A DNA stretch of 34,824 nt from Chthonomonadales bacterium (lineage in GTDB: Bacteria > Armatimonadota > Chthonomonadetes > Chthonomonadales > CAJBBX01). The notes below the pieces were generated by a model. It did not search any database and was not told the origin of the DNA. It saw nothing but the letters and a program-made list of their open reading frames with translations. The first letter of the stretch is position 1, and the number at the start of each line of letters is the position of its first letter. Below, piece after piece: positions 1 to 7,875 of this stretch. The translations under genes were made by a program, and so were the position numbers. Where the stretch lies: the NCBI GenBank assembly GCA_049967475.1, contig JBMFSQ010000033.1, forward strand, positions 1 to 34,824, written 5' to 3'.

Positions 1-26
1 CGACACTTCTGCGAAAGGAGAACATC

Positions 27-827
27 ATGACCGGCGCTAGAAAAGCATTCACCCTCATCGAGCTGCTCGTGGTGATCGCGATTATCGCGATACTGGCCGC
101 CATCCTCTTCCCGGTCTTCGCTCAAGCGCGAGAGAAGGCGCGAGCCATCACCTGCCTCAGCAACCAGAAGAATATCGGAACTGCCATCCTCATGTATTCA
201 CAGGACTACGATGAGCAGATCCTGCCGTGGCTGGGGCCGCGTGAGTACTCAGGCCAGCCCGCGCGGGAGCGCACCTGGGTGTGGAGGGCTCAACCCTACA
301 TCAAGAACGGGCAGCCCACTCCAGGTCAAACCACCCCCAAGGGCATCATGCAGTGCCCGTCCTTCACTCTCCAGAATTACCTGAAGGCGGCGGACGCGGC
401 GGATTGTGATGGCGATGGGACGCCGGGAAGCTCCGGCATCCAGGCTGCCTTCCCGCCCACGGAGTTCTACGCCAATTACGGCATAGACTTTTATATGGAC
501 AGCCCTGCTGGATCGGGTGCATCCCAGGCGGATCCTATTTTTCAGTCCAGTGGAGCCGACCTCTATCCCCCAGGGCATACGCGGGGTATCGCCGAGATCG
601 TCCGGCCGGCTGAGACGGCCATCATCTCCGACGGCATCACCCTCGTAGGCGGAGGCTACTTCTGGACATCGGAAGGATGCGAGGCGGCCCAGATGCACCA
701 GGAGGGAGGCAATCTGGTCTTCCTGGACGGCCACGCCAAGCGCATCCCGCGCAACAACGAGCGGTACCTGCGTCAAATGCCTGATGGGCGGTGGTACAAG
801 ATTTACCACTGCTTCTGGTGCCAATAA
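27..827 (+). CDS. Prepilin-type N-terminal cleavage/methylation domain protein with DUF1559-like body and C-terminal H-X9-DG motif
   Basis: RBS AAAGGAG upstream; [49 protein letters not shown] motif; [12 protein letters not shown] (H-X9-DG). Confidence 0.92.
   Translation: MTGARKAFTLIELLVVIAIIAILAAILFPVFAQAREKARAITCLSNQKNIGTAILMYSQDYDEQILPWLGPREYSGQPARERTWVWRAQPYIKNGQPTPGQTTPKGIMQCPSFTLQNYLKAADAADCDGDGTPGSSGIQAAFPPTEFYANYGIDFYMDSPAGSGASQADPIFQSSGADLYPPGHTRGIAEIVRPAETAIISDGITLVGGGYFWTSEGCEAAQMHQEGGNLVFLDGHAKRIPRNNERYLRQMPDGRWYKIYHCFWCQ
51..146 (+). repeat. 96-nt dispersed direct repeat, copy 1 (prepilin constant region); partner at 5446-5541
   Basis: Base-by-base comparison gives 94/96 identity; differences are ATT/ATC and GCT/GCC. 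Confidence 0.95.
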
Positions 828-837
828 GGTCATGACC

Positions 838-1047
838 ATGCGAACATTGCGCAATGCAGGAATGGCTCTAGCCGGCGTGGCATTCGGCGTTGTAGTGCTT
901 CCTATGGTGGCCGGTTGCGGCCATAAGGAGGAAGCGGCGCCGGCCGGGTACTATACGGGGCCCATCAAACCCAAGGGCGCCCCCAACGTAAAGGGCGGAG
1001 GGATGCGTTCAGCCGATGACGCTGGCACCCCCTCCCAGCCCAAGTAG
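838..1047 (+). CDS. Small predicted lipoprotein (~69 aa) downstream of prepilin gene
   Basis: ATG at 838 (alternative 832) after TAAGGT; basic N-region, hydrophobic stretch, lipobox VAGC; mature part contains YYTGPIKPKGAPNV. Confidence 0.75.
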   Translation: MRTLRNAGMALAGVAFGVVVLPMVAGCGHKEEAAPAGYYTGPIKPKGAPNVKGGGMRSADDAGTPSQPK

Positions 1048-1056
1048 CACAGAAAC

Positions 1057-1097
1057 GCCAGGCCCCTCCGACAACAAGTGGGCGATTGGGGCCTGGC
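1057..1097 (+). terminator. 10-bp perfect stem-loop between the two small genes (terminator/attenuator or mRNA stabiliser)
   Basis: GCCAGGCCCC (1057-1066) pairs with GGGGCCTGGC (1088-1097); followed by a pyrimidine run, not a clean U-tract. Confidence 0.45.
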
Positions 1098-1127
1098 CCT
1101 CTTCCTTCCCTAGCGGTTCCTGGTTCT

Positions 1128-1397
1128 ATGGAAACACAACCGAACACTCTTCGCATCCTCACGGTAGCAGCCGTCTGCCTCCTTGCAGTAGGCGGCTACC
1201 TATGGTACCGCTATCTCCACCCCGTTAAGCCGCCTCCAGAAGGCCCGGGCATCTATTACATGGGCCCCATGCGCAGCAAAGGCAATCCGAATGTTTGGGG
1301 CACGGAGGATGGGCAGCGGGCGAGCGCGCCTCCCGGAGTTCCGGCGGCAGCGCCTACAGAAAACGGCGGCGGCCTTCCTCGGCCCGGCGGCCGATAA
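1128..1397 (+). CDS. Small single-pass membrane protein (~89 aa), Pro/Gly-rich tail
   Basis: ATG 1128; TM segment ILTVAAVCLLAVGGYLWY; YYMGPMRSKGNPNV matches the motif of the upstream lipoprotein; no clear RBS. Confidence 0.7.
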   Translation: METQPNTLRILTVAAVCLLAVGGYLWYRYLHPVKPPPEGPGIYYMGPMRSKGNPNVWGTEDGQRASAPPGVPAAAPTENGGGLPRPGGR

Positions 1398-1434
1398 GCG
1401 TTGCGTGGCTCCGGAGACTTGGTCCATAACTGGA

Positions 1435-3156
1435 ATGCCCGCGGGCCGCGTTCTGCGATCCGGCGGCGATTGGGTCGCCTGGCAGTGCGCAATGCTTTGC
1501 CTCCTGCTTATGGGGTGCGGGCATTCCGTTGACCGTGCGGCCTCCCCACACGCCCCCGCGAACCCCGGCGTACCTGCATCCATAGGCTTCCACGACGTGT
1601 CCCGTGAGGCGGGTGTCCTTTTCCAGTGGCCGCCCTTGCCGCATCCAGCCACCATCCGCGACATCTTCGGATACGGCTGCGCATTCGCCGACTTTGACGG
1701 CGACGGGCGGCAAGACATTCTGCTTGTTGCAGAGCCTCATCCCCTCCTCTACCAAAACCTTGGCCGAGGGAGCTTCCTGGATGTTACGCACGCGGTTGGG
1801 CTCGATCGCCTTTCCGGCGCCTGGACGGGATGCGCCGTCGGCGACGTGGATGGAGACGGCTTTCCCGATCTCCTGCTGACAGGCTTCCACCGGCTGGCCC
1901 TGCTCCACAACGCCGGCGGCACGCGGTTCGCGGACTGTACGGTTGCTGCAGGGCTCGATCCGCACAATCACGGGCATTGGGGCGCCAGCGCAGGTTTCAT
2001 ACCTCTCCATGATGCCGATCATCTTGACCTTGTGCTGACCAACTACGTGCGCTACGGCCCGCAGGATCCCAAGCTATGCGAGATCCTTCCGGGGATCCGC
2101 ACCGCATGCCCTCCCAGCGCTTATCACGGAGAACGCGGCGAATTGTGGCAGAACGTGGGCGGCGAGCGCTTTCGAGAGGTTTCGCCCTCGCGCTGCATGG
2201 CCCTCACATCCGGAAAGGAGCTGGTTGTAGCCTTCGCCGACGTGGATGGAACGGGGCGCATGAGCTTCTATATCGGTAATGACGGTGAGCCTGCGGACCT
2301 CATGCTCAACCTGGGCGGCCTGCGGTTCCGGAACGCAGCGAAGGAGCGGGGCATCGCCTACGCAGCCAGCGGAAAAGCCATGGCTGCCATGTCTGCAGAC
2401 TGGGCAGATTTCAACCGGGATGGACGGCCGGATCTTTTGGTGACCAATTTCTCCGACGAGCCCTATGCCATCTTCCAGGGCGGGTCACACGGGCTTTTTA
2501 CGGATGTGGCTGCGGACACAGGCATCGCCGAACCCACGCGCAAACCCTTGGGCTTCGGGGCAAAATGGCTGGATGTGGACAACGACGGCTGGCCTGACTT
2601 TGCCGTTGCCAACGGCCACGTTTACGATGCGGCAGAAAAGATGGATCCGCTACAGACCTTTCGGCAGCCCATGATGCTCTTTTACAATCGGGGCGGGCGG
2701 GATTTCGTGGACCTGGCGCCGCTTCTTGGAGGTGATTTGGCGCAACCCCGGCTGGGGCGGGGCATGGCGGCCGGCGATTTCGATGACGATGGGCGCATGG
2801 ATTTGCTCGTAGTGAACCTGGAAGGCCGCGCGCTTCTGCTGCACAACGACACACCGCCGCACAACCACTGGATTACGCTCGATCTGCGTTCCCGGCAGGC
2901 GGGAAACCGCTTCGCCTATGGCGCCCAGGTGCAGGCAACGGCAGGAGGCCAACTTTTCATTGGGCAGGTGTCCCCGGCTTCAGCCTATCTGTCGTCGAGC
3001 GATCGGCGCATCCACTTTGGATTGGGGAGCCGCACCCGTGTGGATCGCCTGGTGATCCGGTGGCCCGACGGCAAGCTGCAAGAAGCACGGGACCTGGCTG
3101 CAGACGCTATTTGGCGCGTGGAGGAAGGCCGGTCGCCTCGCCGGGTTGCGCCTTAG
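1435..3156 (+). CDS. CRTAC1-family FG-GAP/VCBS repeat lipoprotein with C-terminal ASPIC/UnbV domain
   Basis: Repeated DxDxDG motifs (ADFDGDGRQD, GDVDGDGFPD, ADFNRDGRPD, LDVDNDGWPD, GDFDDDGRMD); YLSSSDRRIHFGLG..RWPDG ASPIC/UnbV signature; lipobox LLMGC; start 1435 preferred over 1291. Confidence 0.9.
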   Translation: MPAGRVLRSGGDWVAWQCAMLCLLLMGCGHSVDRAASPHAPANPGVPASIGFHDVSREAGVLFQWPPLPHPATIRDIFGYGCAFADFDGDGRQDILLVAEPHPLLYQNLGRGSFLDVTHAVGLDRLSGAWTGCAVGDVDGDGFPDLLLTGFHRLALLHNAGGTRFADCTVAAGLDPHNHGHWGASAGFIPLHDADHLDLVLTNYVRYGPQDPKLCEILPGIRTACPPSAYHGERGELWQNVGGERFREVSPSRCMALTSGKELVVAFADVDGTGRMSFYIGNDGEPADLMLNLGGLRFRNAAKERGIAYAASGKAMAAMSADWADFNRDGRPDLLVTNFSDEPYAIFQGGSHGLFTDVAADTGIAEPTRKPLGFGAKWLDVDNDGWPDFAVANGHVYDAAEKMDPLQTFRQPMMLFYNRGGRDFVDLAPLLGGDLAQPRLGRGMAAGDFDDDGRMDLLVVNLEGRALLLHNDTPPHNHWITLDLRSRQAGNRFAYGAQVQATAGGQLFIGQVSPASAYLSSSDRRIHFGLGSRTRVDRLVIRWPDGKLQEARDLAADAIWRVEEGRSPRRVAP

Positions 3157-5125
3157 CGTTGAGAGACTGCGAATATCGGATTTCGTCCAAATCGCTGAAG
3201 GGATCGGCATCCCCCAGCAGGCTGCGGGTTCGGGCAAGGCTCCGCGCAAGTTCTTCATTATGAACATCCCGTTCCAGCCCCCGGTGGTACGCCAGCGCTG
3301 CATCCAAGAACTGGTTGTGCCGCTCGAACCAAGCGCCAAGGCGTAAAAAGGAAGCAGCATTCGCAGACGGGGCTCCGCATTGATCCTGCAGCGCTTTCAG
3401 TTCCTGGGCGGCAGCGTAACGGTCCCTATAGAGGGCGTCTATACGGGCGGCTTCCCGCCGCTTGCCCTCCCTCGTGAGAGTTTGGATCAAATCGAGATAG
3501 ATAGCGGCATTCCCGGGTTGAAGATCAATCCCGTGCAGCAACGCCCTGTGCGCCTTTGTGAGGTCGCCTGCCCAAACGCAGGCAACTCCAAGCTGGTGGA
3601 AGGCGGATGCGTCTTCCGGATCGAGCCGGGTTGCCCGTTCCGCCTCAGCCACAGCCTCTTGAATGTGGTTCGCCATCCTCGGGCGGGCGATGAGAACGTG
3701 CGCAAGAGCCTGATGGTAGGCTGCGTTGCGCGGATCTGCCTCCACGGCCTTCCTGTAGTACGCCTCGGCCTTGTCCCACCGGCGCTTCGTTTCCGCATAG
3801 GCGGCAAGCTCCCGATAGACGCGGGGCGCCAATTGGGGATCGAGGCGCAGGGCTTTAAGAAGGTACCGGATGCGCTGAGAGAACTGCTTCAGCATGAGGC
3901 ACGCATCCGATATGCGCAGGGCATCTTCCGCGCTTCCTCCATCGGCTGATAAGGCTGCCTTCAGGAACTCGACGGGTCGGCCTGCCATACGGTAGACCTC
4001 GGCAACGGCATCCAAAGCAGGCTTGCGCCACGGCGAGCGCTGGCGCCGAATAATGGGGGCTAACTTCGCAAGCGCCTCGTCGAAGGAACCCTTTGCGGCA
4101 AGCTCCCAGGCGCGGCAATATTGCGAACCCTCGCCGTCGCCCGCCTTGTGCCAGGCATCTGCCGCACGCGCCCACGCGCGCTCCGGGAGGCGCTCCAGGC
4201 GGGCAGCGTTCATCCAGTAACGAGCGGCAGTGTCCCATGCTCCTAGGCAGGCCAGCCGCTCTGCCAAGCGGTACCAGGCTTTGCGCGCCATAGGATCGAG
4301 CGAGAGGGTCCGCCTCCATTCCGGCAGAGCCGCTTCCGGCTTGCCCGCCCGGGCCAGGGCAATTCCATACAGATAATGGGCGTCCGGATCCTCCGGTGCG
4401 ATTGCCACGGCGCGTTCCAGAAGCGGCACTGCATCGGCTATGCGGCCGATCAGCATCAAGTGCCTTCCCTGTTCCAGGTATCCGTCGGGAGCATCGGGCG
4501 CGCACAGGGTGAGGGCATGGGCCACCTTCACCGCCTCTGGACGGTCCCGGGTAAGGTCCAACACATCCAGCGCCCGCTTCAATAAGGGGGCGTCCTGTTG
4601 CCGGGGATGGGTCAGGAGGTCTGCCCTAAGCTGAAGAGCCGACAGGGCGCTTCGTCCCGCGCCGACGAGGTCCCCCATTCGCGCCAGGCACCAAGCATAC
4701 TCCATCGCCGCCGCGGCATCGCGGGGATCCGCGCGGAGGGCGGCTTCCAACTGGGCCCGGGCCTCGCCGACACGCGCCAGCGCAAGTAGGGCTTTGCCCG
4801 CGAGGAAGGCCGCGTCGCGGTCCTGCGCCCCTTGGGCCCCGGCAGCGTCCAGGTTCTCCAGCGCCTCCATCCAAAAGCCTCTTCGCTCGGCAACCTCCGC
4901 CAGCCGAAGGCGCAAGCGAGGGTCTTGCGGATGGGCCTTCACGAGGGCCGTGTAGTACGTCTCGAGGGCTTCATCGTCCAGCCCAGGCGGCGGATCGGCC
5001 AGCTGAGCCCGGCGAAGGAGCACGGCAGCAAGGACCGCTGCGCCGATGATTACAGCGAGCAATGCCAGGACTGCGCTTCGGCGCCTGAAGGTGACAGATG
5101 CTTTGATAGGCTCCGGGTTGGTCAT
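3107..5125 (-). CDS. Membrane-anchored tetratricopeptide repeat (TPR) protein
   Basis: N-terminal RRR plus TM helix, then many TPR-like units (DPDAHYLYGIALARAGKPEAALPEWRRTLSLDP; AEAYYRKAVEADPRNAAYHQALA); start 5125 or 5143. Confidence 0.88.
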   Translation of the reverse strand: MTNPEPIKASVTFRRRSAVLALLAVIIGAAVLAAVLLRRAQLADPPPGLDDEALETYYTALVKAHPQDPRLRLRLAEVAERRGFWMEALENLDAAGAQGAQDRDAAFLAGKALLALARVGEARAQLEAALRADPRDAAAAMEYAWCLARMGDLVGAGRSALSALQLRADLLTHPRQQDAPLLKRALDVLDLTRDRPEAVKVAHALTLCAPDAPDGYLEQGRHLMLIGRIADAVPLLERAVAIAPEDPDAHYLYGIALARAGKPEAALPEWRRTLSLDPMARKAWYRLAERLACLGAWDTAARYWMNAARLERLPERAWARAADAWHKAGDGEGSQYCRAWELAAKGSFDEALAKLAPIIRRQRSPWRKPALDAVAEVYRMAGRPVEFLKAALSADGGSAEDALRISDACLMLKQFSQRIRYLLKALRLDPQLAPRVYRELAAYAETKRRWDKAEAYYRKAVEADPRNAAYHQALAHVLIARPRMANHIQEAVAEAERATRLDPEDASAFHQLGVACVWAGDLTKAHRALLHGIDLQPGNAAIYLDLIQTLTREGKRREAARIDALYRDRYAAAQELKALQDQCGAPSANAASFLRLGAWFERHNQFLDAALAYHRGLERDVHNEELARSLARTRSLLGDADPFSDLDEIRYSQSLNAKAQPGEATGLPPRAK

Positions 5126-5279
5126 GAATCCCACGGCGGGCATTAGGAAAGTCGAAAAGTCTTCTGTGGCCCTATCTTAAATATCGTGGATCTCTCTTCC
5201 TGCCTGCGTCAGGGCGCAAGCAATAGGCTTCGGCGCCATTAGACCATCGGAATTGATTAAAACACATACAACTGTCTGC

Positions 5280-5308
5280 TTGACATCATCGGAACGGATG
5301 CTTACACT
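5280..5308 (+). promoter_or_regulatory. Sigma70-type promoter for the second prepilin cassette
   Basis: TTGACA (5280-5285), 17-nt spacer, TACACT (5303-5308), AT-rich upstream element. Confidence 0.75.
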
Positions 5309-5421
5309 AGGCGCATCGTTCTACGGTTCGGACGATCGTGGCCATTGCTTCCACTGCGGAAGGCCGGTTCTTTGTTTTTTGCAAGGCACCACCCACATTC
5401 ACGTGAAAGGGAGGCAAGGCA

Positions 5422-6183
5422 ATGCATCGGAACCGGTATGGTTTTACCCTCATCGAGCTGCTCGTGGTGATCGCGATCATCGCGATACTGGCCGCCATCC
5501 TCTTCCCGGTCTTCGCCCAAGCGCGAGAGAAGGCGCGAGCCGTGTCGTGCCTGTCCAACAGCAAGGAGCTGGGACTGGCTACGCTGATGTACATCCAAGA
5601 CTACGATGAAATGGTCGTCCCCCGCTATGCAGCGTGCCCCAGCACCGGCCCTGTGAACACCAGCCAGAAACTGTGGACCGGGCTCATCCAGCCGTATGTA
5701 AAGAACCAAGGCATCTATCTGTGCCCCTCGGCCAGGGACACGAAGTATGGCGAGGTGTGGGCCGATCGCGGACCACTTTCCCAGGGCCAAAACGCCACCC
5801 AGGGCGGCTGGTACTATCCCAGCATCAACCCCCCGTGCGGGCAGATGATCCTGCAGCGCCTGCCCGAGATACAGAAGCCGGCCATCACGGTGATGTATTC
5901 GGATAGCTGGTCGGGGCCCACATCGGCGGGATATCGCGGATACCTCGCGCGCAACGATGCCGTGAACGTGCCCGGGCTCAGCATCACGGATCGCCATCAG
6001 GACGGTTTGAACATCACCCTGTACGACGGTCACTCCAAGCGTTTTGCTACGAAGGCGGTCCTGGGAAACCCGAAGGCCAAGTTCCAGTGTTCCGATTACA
6101 CACTCTTCACGGGTATGTGGTGGCTGGATGTCAACGCAGCCGGCCTCAAATGGAACATTACAGATCCCTGCGTTCAACCCTAG
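5422..6183 (+). CDS. Prepilin-type N-terminal cleavage/methylation domain protein with DUF1559-like body and H-X9-DG motif (paralog 2)
   Basis: [71 protein letters not shown]. Confidence 0.92.
   Translation: MHRNRYGFTLIELLVVIAIIAILAAILFPVFAQAREKARAVSCLSNSKELGLATLMYIQDYDEMVVPRYAACPSTGPVNTSQKLWTGLIQPYVKNQGIYLCPSARDTKYGEVWADRGPLSQGQNATQGGWYYPSINPPCGQMILQRLPEIQKPAITVMYSDSWSGPTSAGYRGYLARNDAVNVPGLSITDRHQDGLNITLYDGHSKRFATKAVLGNPKAKFQCSDYTLFTGMWWLDVNAAGLKWNITDPCVQP
5446..5541 (+). repeat. 96-nt dispersed direct repeat, copy 2; partner at 51-146
   Basis: 94/96 identity with 51-146. Confidence 0.95.
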
Positions 6184-6194
6184 GGGGGACGGCT

Positions 6195-6386
6195 ATGAAC
6201 CGAAAGGTAAACCCGGTTGTAGCGGTGATTATCCTGGTGGCGGCACTCGTTGCAGTAGGCATTGCCGGCTTCCGTGTGCTCTCTGCCTCGGGCGGATCTG
6301 CGTCGCACGGTTTCCGCCTGCAGCCGGCCAATCCCGAGGACCCGCATTTCAAACCCGATCCGAAGTTGGCGGGAGGCGGGGGATAG
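6195..6386 (+). CDS. Small single-pass membrane protein (63 aa) downstream of prepilin paralog 2
   Basis: G-rich RBS right after the prepilin stop; MNRKVNPVVAVIILVAALVAVGIAGFRV TM helix; Pro/Gly-rich tail. Confidence 0.75.
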   Translation: MNRKVNPVVAVIILVAALVAVGIAGFRVLSASGGSASHGFRLQPANPEDPHFKPDPKLAGGGG

Positions 6387-6401
6387 CCGTAGGGTCGCCC
6401 C

Positions 6402-6431
6402 TTGACGCAAGGCGGCAACATGGGTTACCAT
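6402..6431 (+). promoter_or_regulatory. Putative sigma70 promoter for the DUF1517-like gene
   Basis: TTGACG (6402-6407), 18-nt spacer, TACCAT (6426-6431). Confidence 0.45.
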
Positions 6432-6467
6432 CCTCCTGTGCTCGGCCCGCGCACCGGAGGATGGCCC

Positions 6468-7400
6468 GTGCGAAGGACAATTGCAGGGATGGCTGCCCTG
6501 GTGGTGCTGTTCTTTGCTCTGGCGGCACCCAGGGGCTTCAGCGGCGGTTTTGGCGGCGGACGAGGAGGCTTCAGCGGAGGCTTCCATAGTTCCGGCGGAG
6601 GATTTGGGGGCGGCAGAGGCGGGTTCGGCGGCGGGCTTGGAAGCGGCCGCGGAGGGTTCGGCGGCGGCTTCGGAGGCTATCACTCCTACGGACCGAGGTT
6701 CTATTTCTGGCCGCGCTTCTACTATTCTCCCTTCCACCGAAGCAGCCTTACGGTCTTTCTCATCATTGCAGGCATCGTCGCGGCTGTTGTGGTGGTAGCA
6801 GCGGCGTCTTCTTGGGCTGCCAGCCGGTACGCAACGGTTAGTTTGGGTCTCAATTTGCGCCGCGGTCGCCGCTACGCAAGGAAGCTCGATGAACTCGTGG
6901 CAACCGCCGACTTCACCACCCCCGCCGGCAGGGCGGCGGCGCTCCACCGCATCGCCAATATGATTGATCCGGAAGACGTGGTAGACGGCTTCCTTACCAT
7001 CAGCAACCCCTTCGCCGGCAGGGAGGCGGCTGGCACCCGCGCCGAAGCTATCGCAAGGAGCCAGATGCAGCGCAGCGGCATCACCCCGGAGGCGGTGAAT
7101 GTGGCTTCGGCCGACGGAATGGCGGTTCGCCTGGACGGGCCTTCTGCTCCTGCGGAGCCCGACGATGCGTCAGCGGGATGTGTCCTTGCCCTCGTCAGTA
7201 CAGTCCGCCGACGGGCGTTGGGAGGCATCCGGGTTGGCGGTGAAGGGGCCGTGCTGGCGTCGCTGATGAGCCTCCACGAGGTTCCCGGCAAAGACATGGA
7301 CGCACTTTACTTCTACTATGCCCCCAGCGCCAAGGATTATCTGGATCCGGCCTCCGCCAACCGTCTGTTTGGGGATCTGCGCGCCGATGCCGCCGCGTAG
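6468..7400 (+). CDS. DUF1517/FLAP1-like membrane protein with Gly-rich N-terminal region
   Basis: GTG 6468 with GGAGG RBS; signal-like segment, GGFGGGRGG repeats, TM helix, then LDELVATADFTTPAG..., resembling the DUF1517 architecture as recalled. Confidence 0.6.
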   Translation: MRRTIAGMAALVVLFFALAAPRGFSGGFGGGRGGFSGGFHSSGGGFGGGRGGFGGGLGSGRGGFGGGFGGYHSYGPRFYFWPRFYYSPFHRSSLTVFLIIAGIVAAVVVVAAASSWAASRYATVSLGLNLRRGRRYARKLDELVATADFTTPAGRAAALHRIANMIDPEDVVDGFLTISNPFAGREAAGTRAEAIARSQMQRSGITPEAVNVASADGMAVRLDGPSAPAEPDDASAGCVLALVSTVRRRALGGIRVGGEGAVLASLMSLHEVPGKDMDALYFYYAPSAKDYLDPASANRLFGDLRADAAA

Positions 7401-7534
7401 CCTGAGCATTTTGCCTGGCCGGATATGCGGCACCAGTTGAGGAAACCTTGGCGCACACGGTAGAATCGGATACACACCGGCGCGACGGAGCCAACTCGGT
7501 TCATACAGCCGCCATGGTGGGAGGACATGAGCGG

Positions 7535-7840
7535 ATGCCTTCTGTGCCCCGCGGCGATCTCTTTGCGCGTCTCCTTGGCGTCTTCGTATTCCTGCTGGGT
7601 TTAGCCGTAATCCTGTGCGTGCTCTGGCTGGGCTTCCGCATGTATTCCGACCCTAACCTGGGGCTTCGCTCCAGTAAGCCCCATTCCCCGCCGGATGCCG
7701 TGGATATCGGGACGGCATTTCTTCGCCTGGTGGTGCGCATCGCGCTGCTCTTCCTGGGAAGCATTTGCGGCTCACTCATCGCCAACAAGGGCATCCGCCT
7801 CTACTTCGCAGGTGCCGGCACGAGGCAGCCTCACGAGTGA
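7535..7840 (+). CDS. Hypothetical small two-TM membrane protein
   Basis: Two hydrophobic helices (LLGVFVFLLGLAVILCVLWLGF; LVVRIALLFLGSICGSLIA); GGAGG at 7520-7524; alternative start 7514. Confidence 0.75.
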   Translation: MPSVPRGDLFARLLGVFVFLLGLAVILCVLWLGFRMYSDPNLGLRSSKPHSPPDAVDIGTAFLRLVVRIALLFLGSICGSLIANKGIRLYFAGAGTRQPHE

Positions 7841-7875
7841 AGCACTCCATCCGGCTGCACGGGAGCATCCTTCGC

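Noticed and set aside
45..50. Ala rather than Gly at the -1 prepilin cleavage position in paralog 1
   Set aside because: A|FTLIE is a common variant in this family and is not evidence of inactivation
838..1397. Small ORFs as RiPP precursor peptides
   Set aside because: They carry lipobox/TM anchors, and no modifying enzymes (radical SAM, YcaO, LanM, P450) are nearby
51..5541. 96-nt repeat as a DGR template/variable pair, shufflon or CRISPR repeat
   Set aside because: Only two copies, both coding and in direct orientation; mismatches are T/C rather than adenine-specific; no reverse transcriptase, recombinase or cas genes in the window
6530..6680. GGCGGC-rich tract as a DNA repeat element or array
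   Set aside because: Explained by Gly-rich coding with varied synonymous codons
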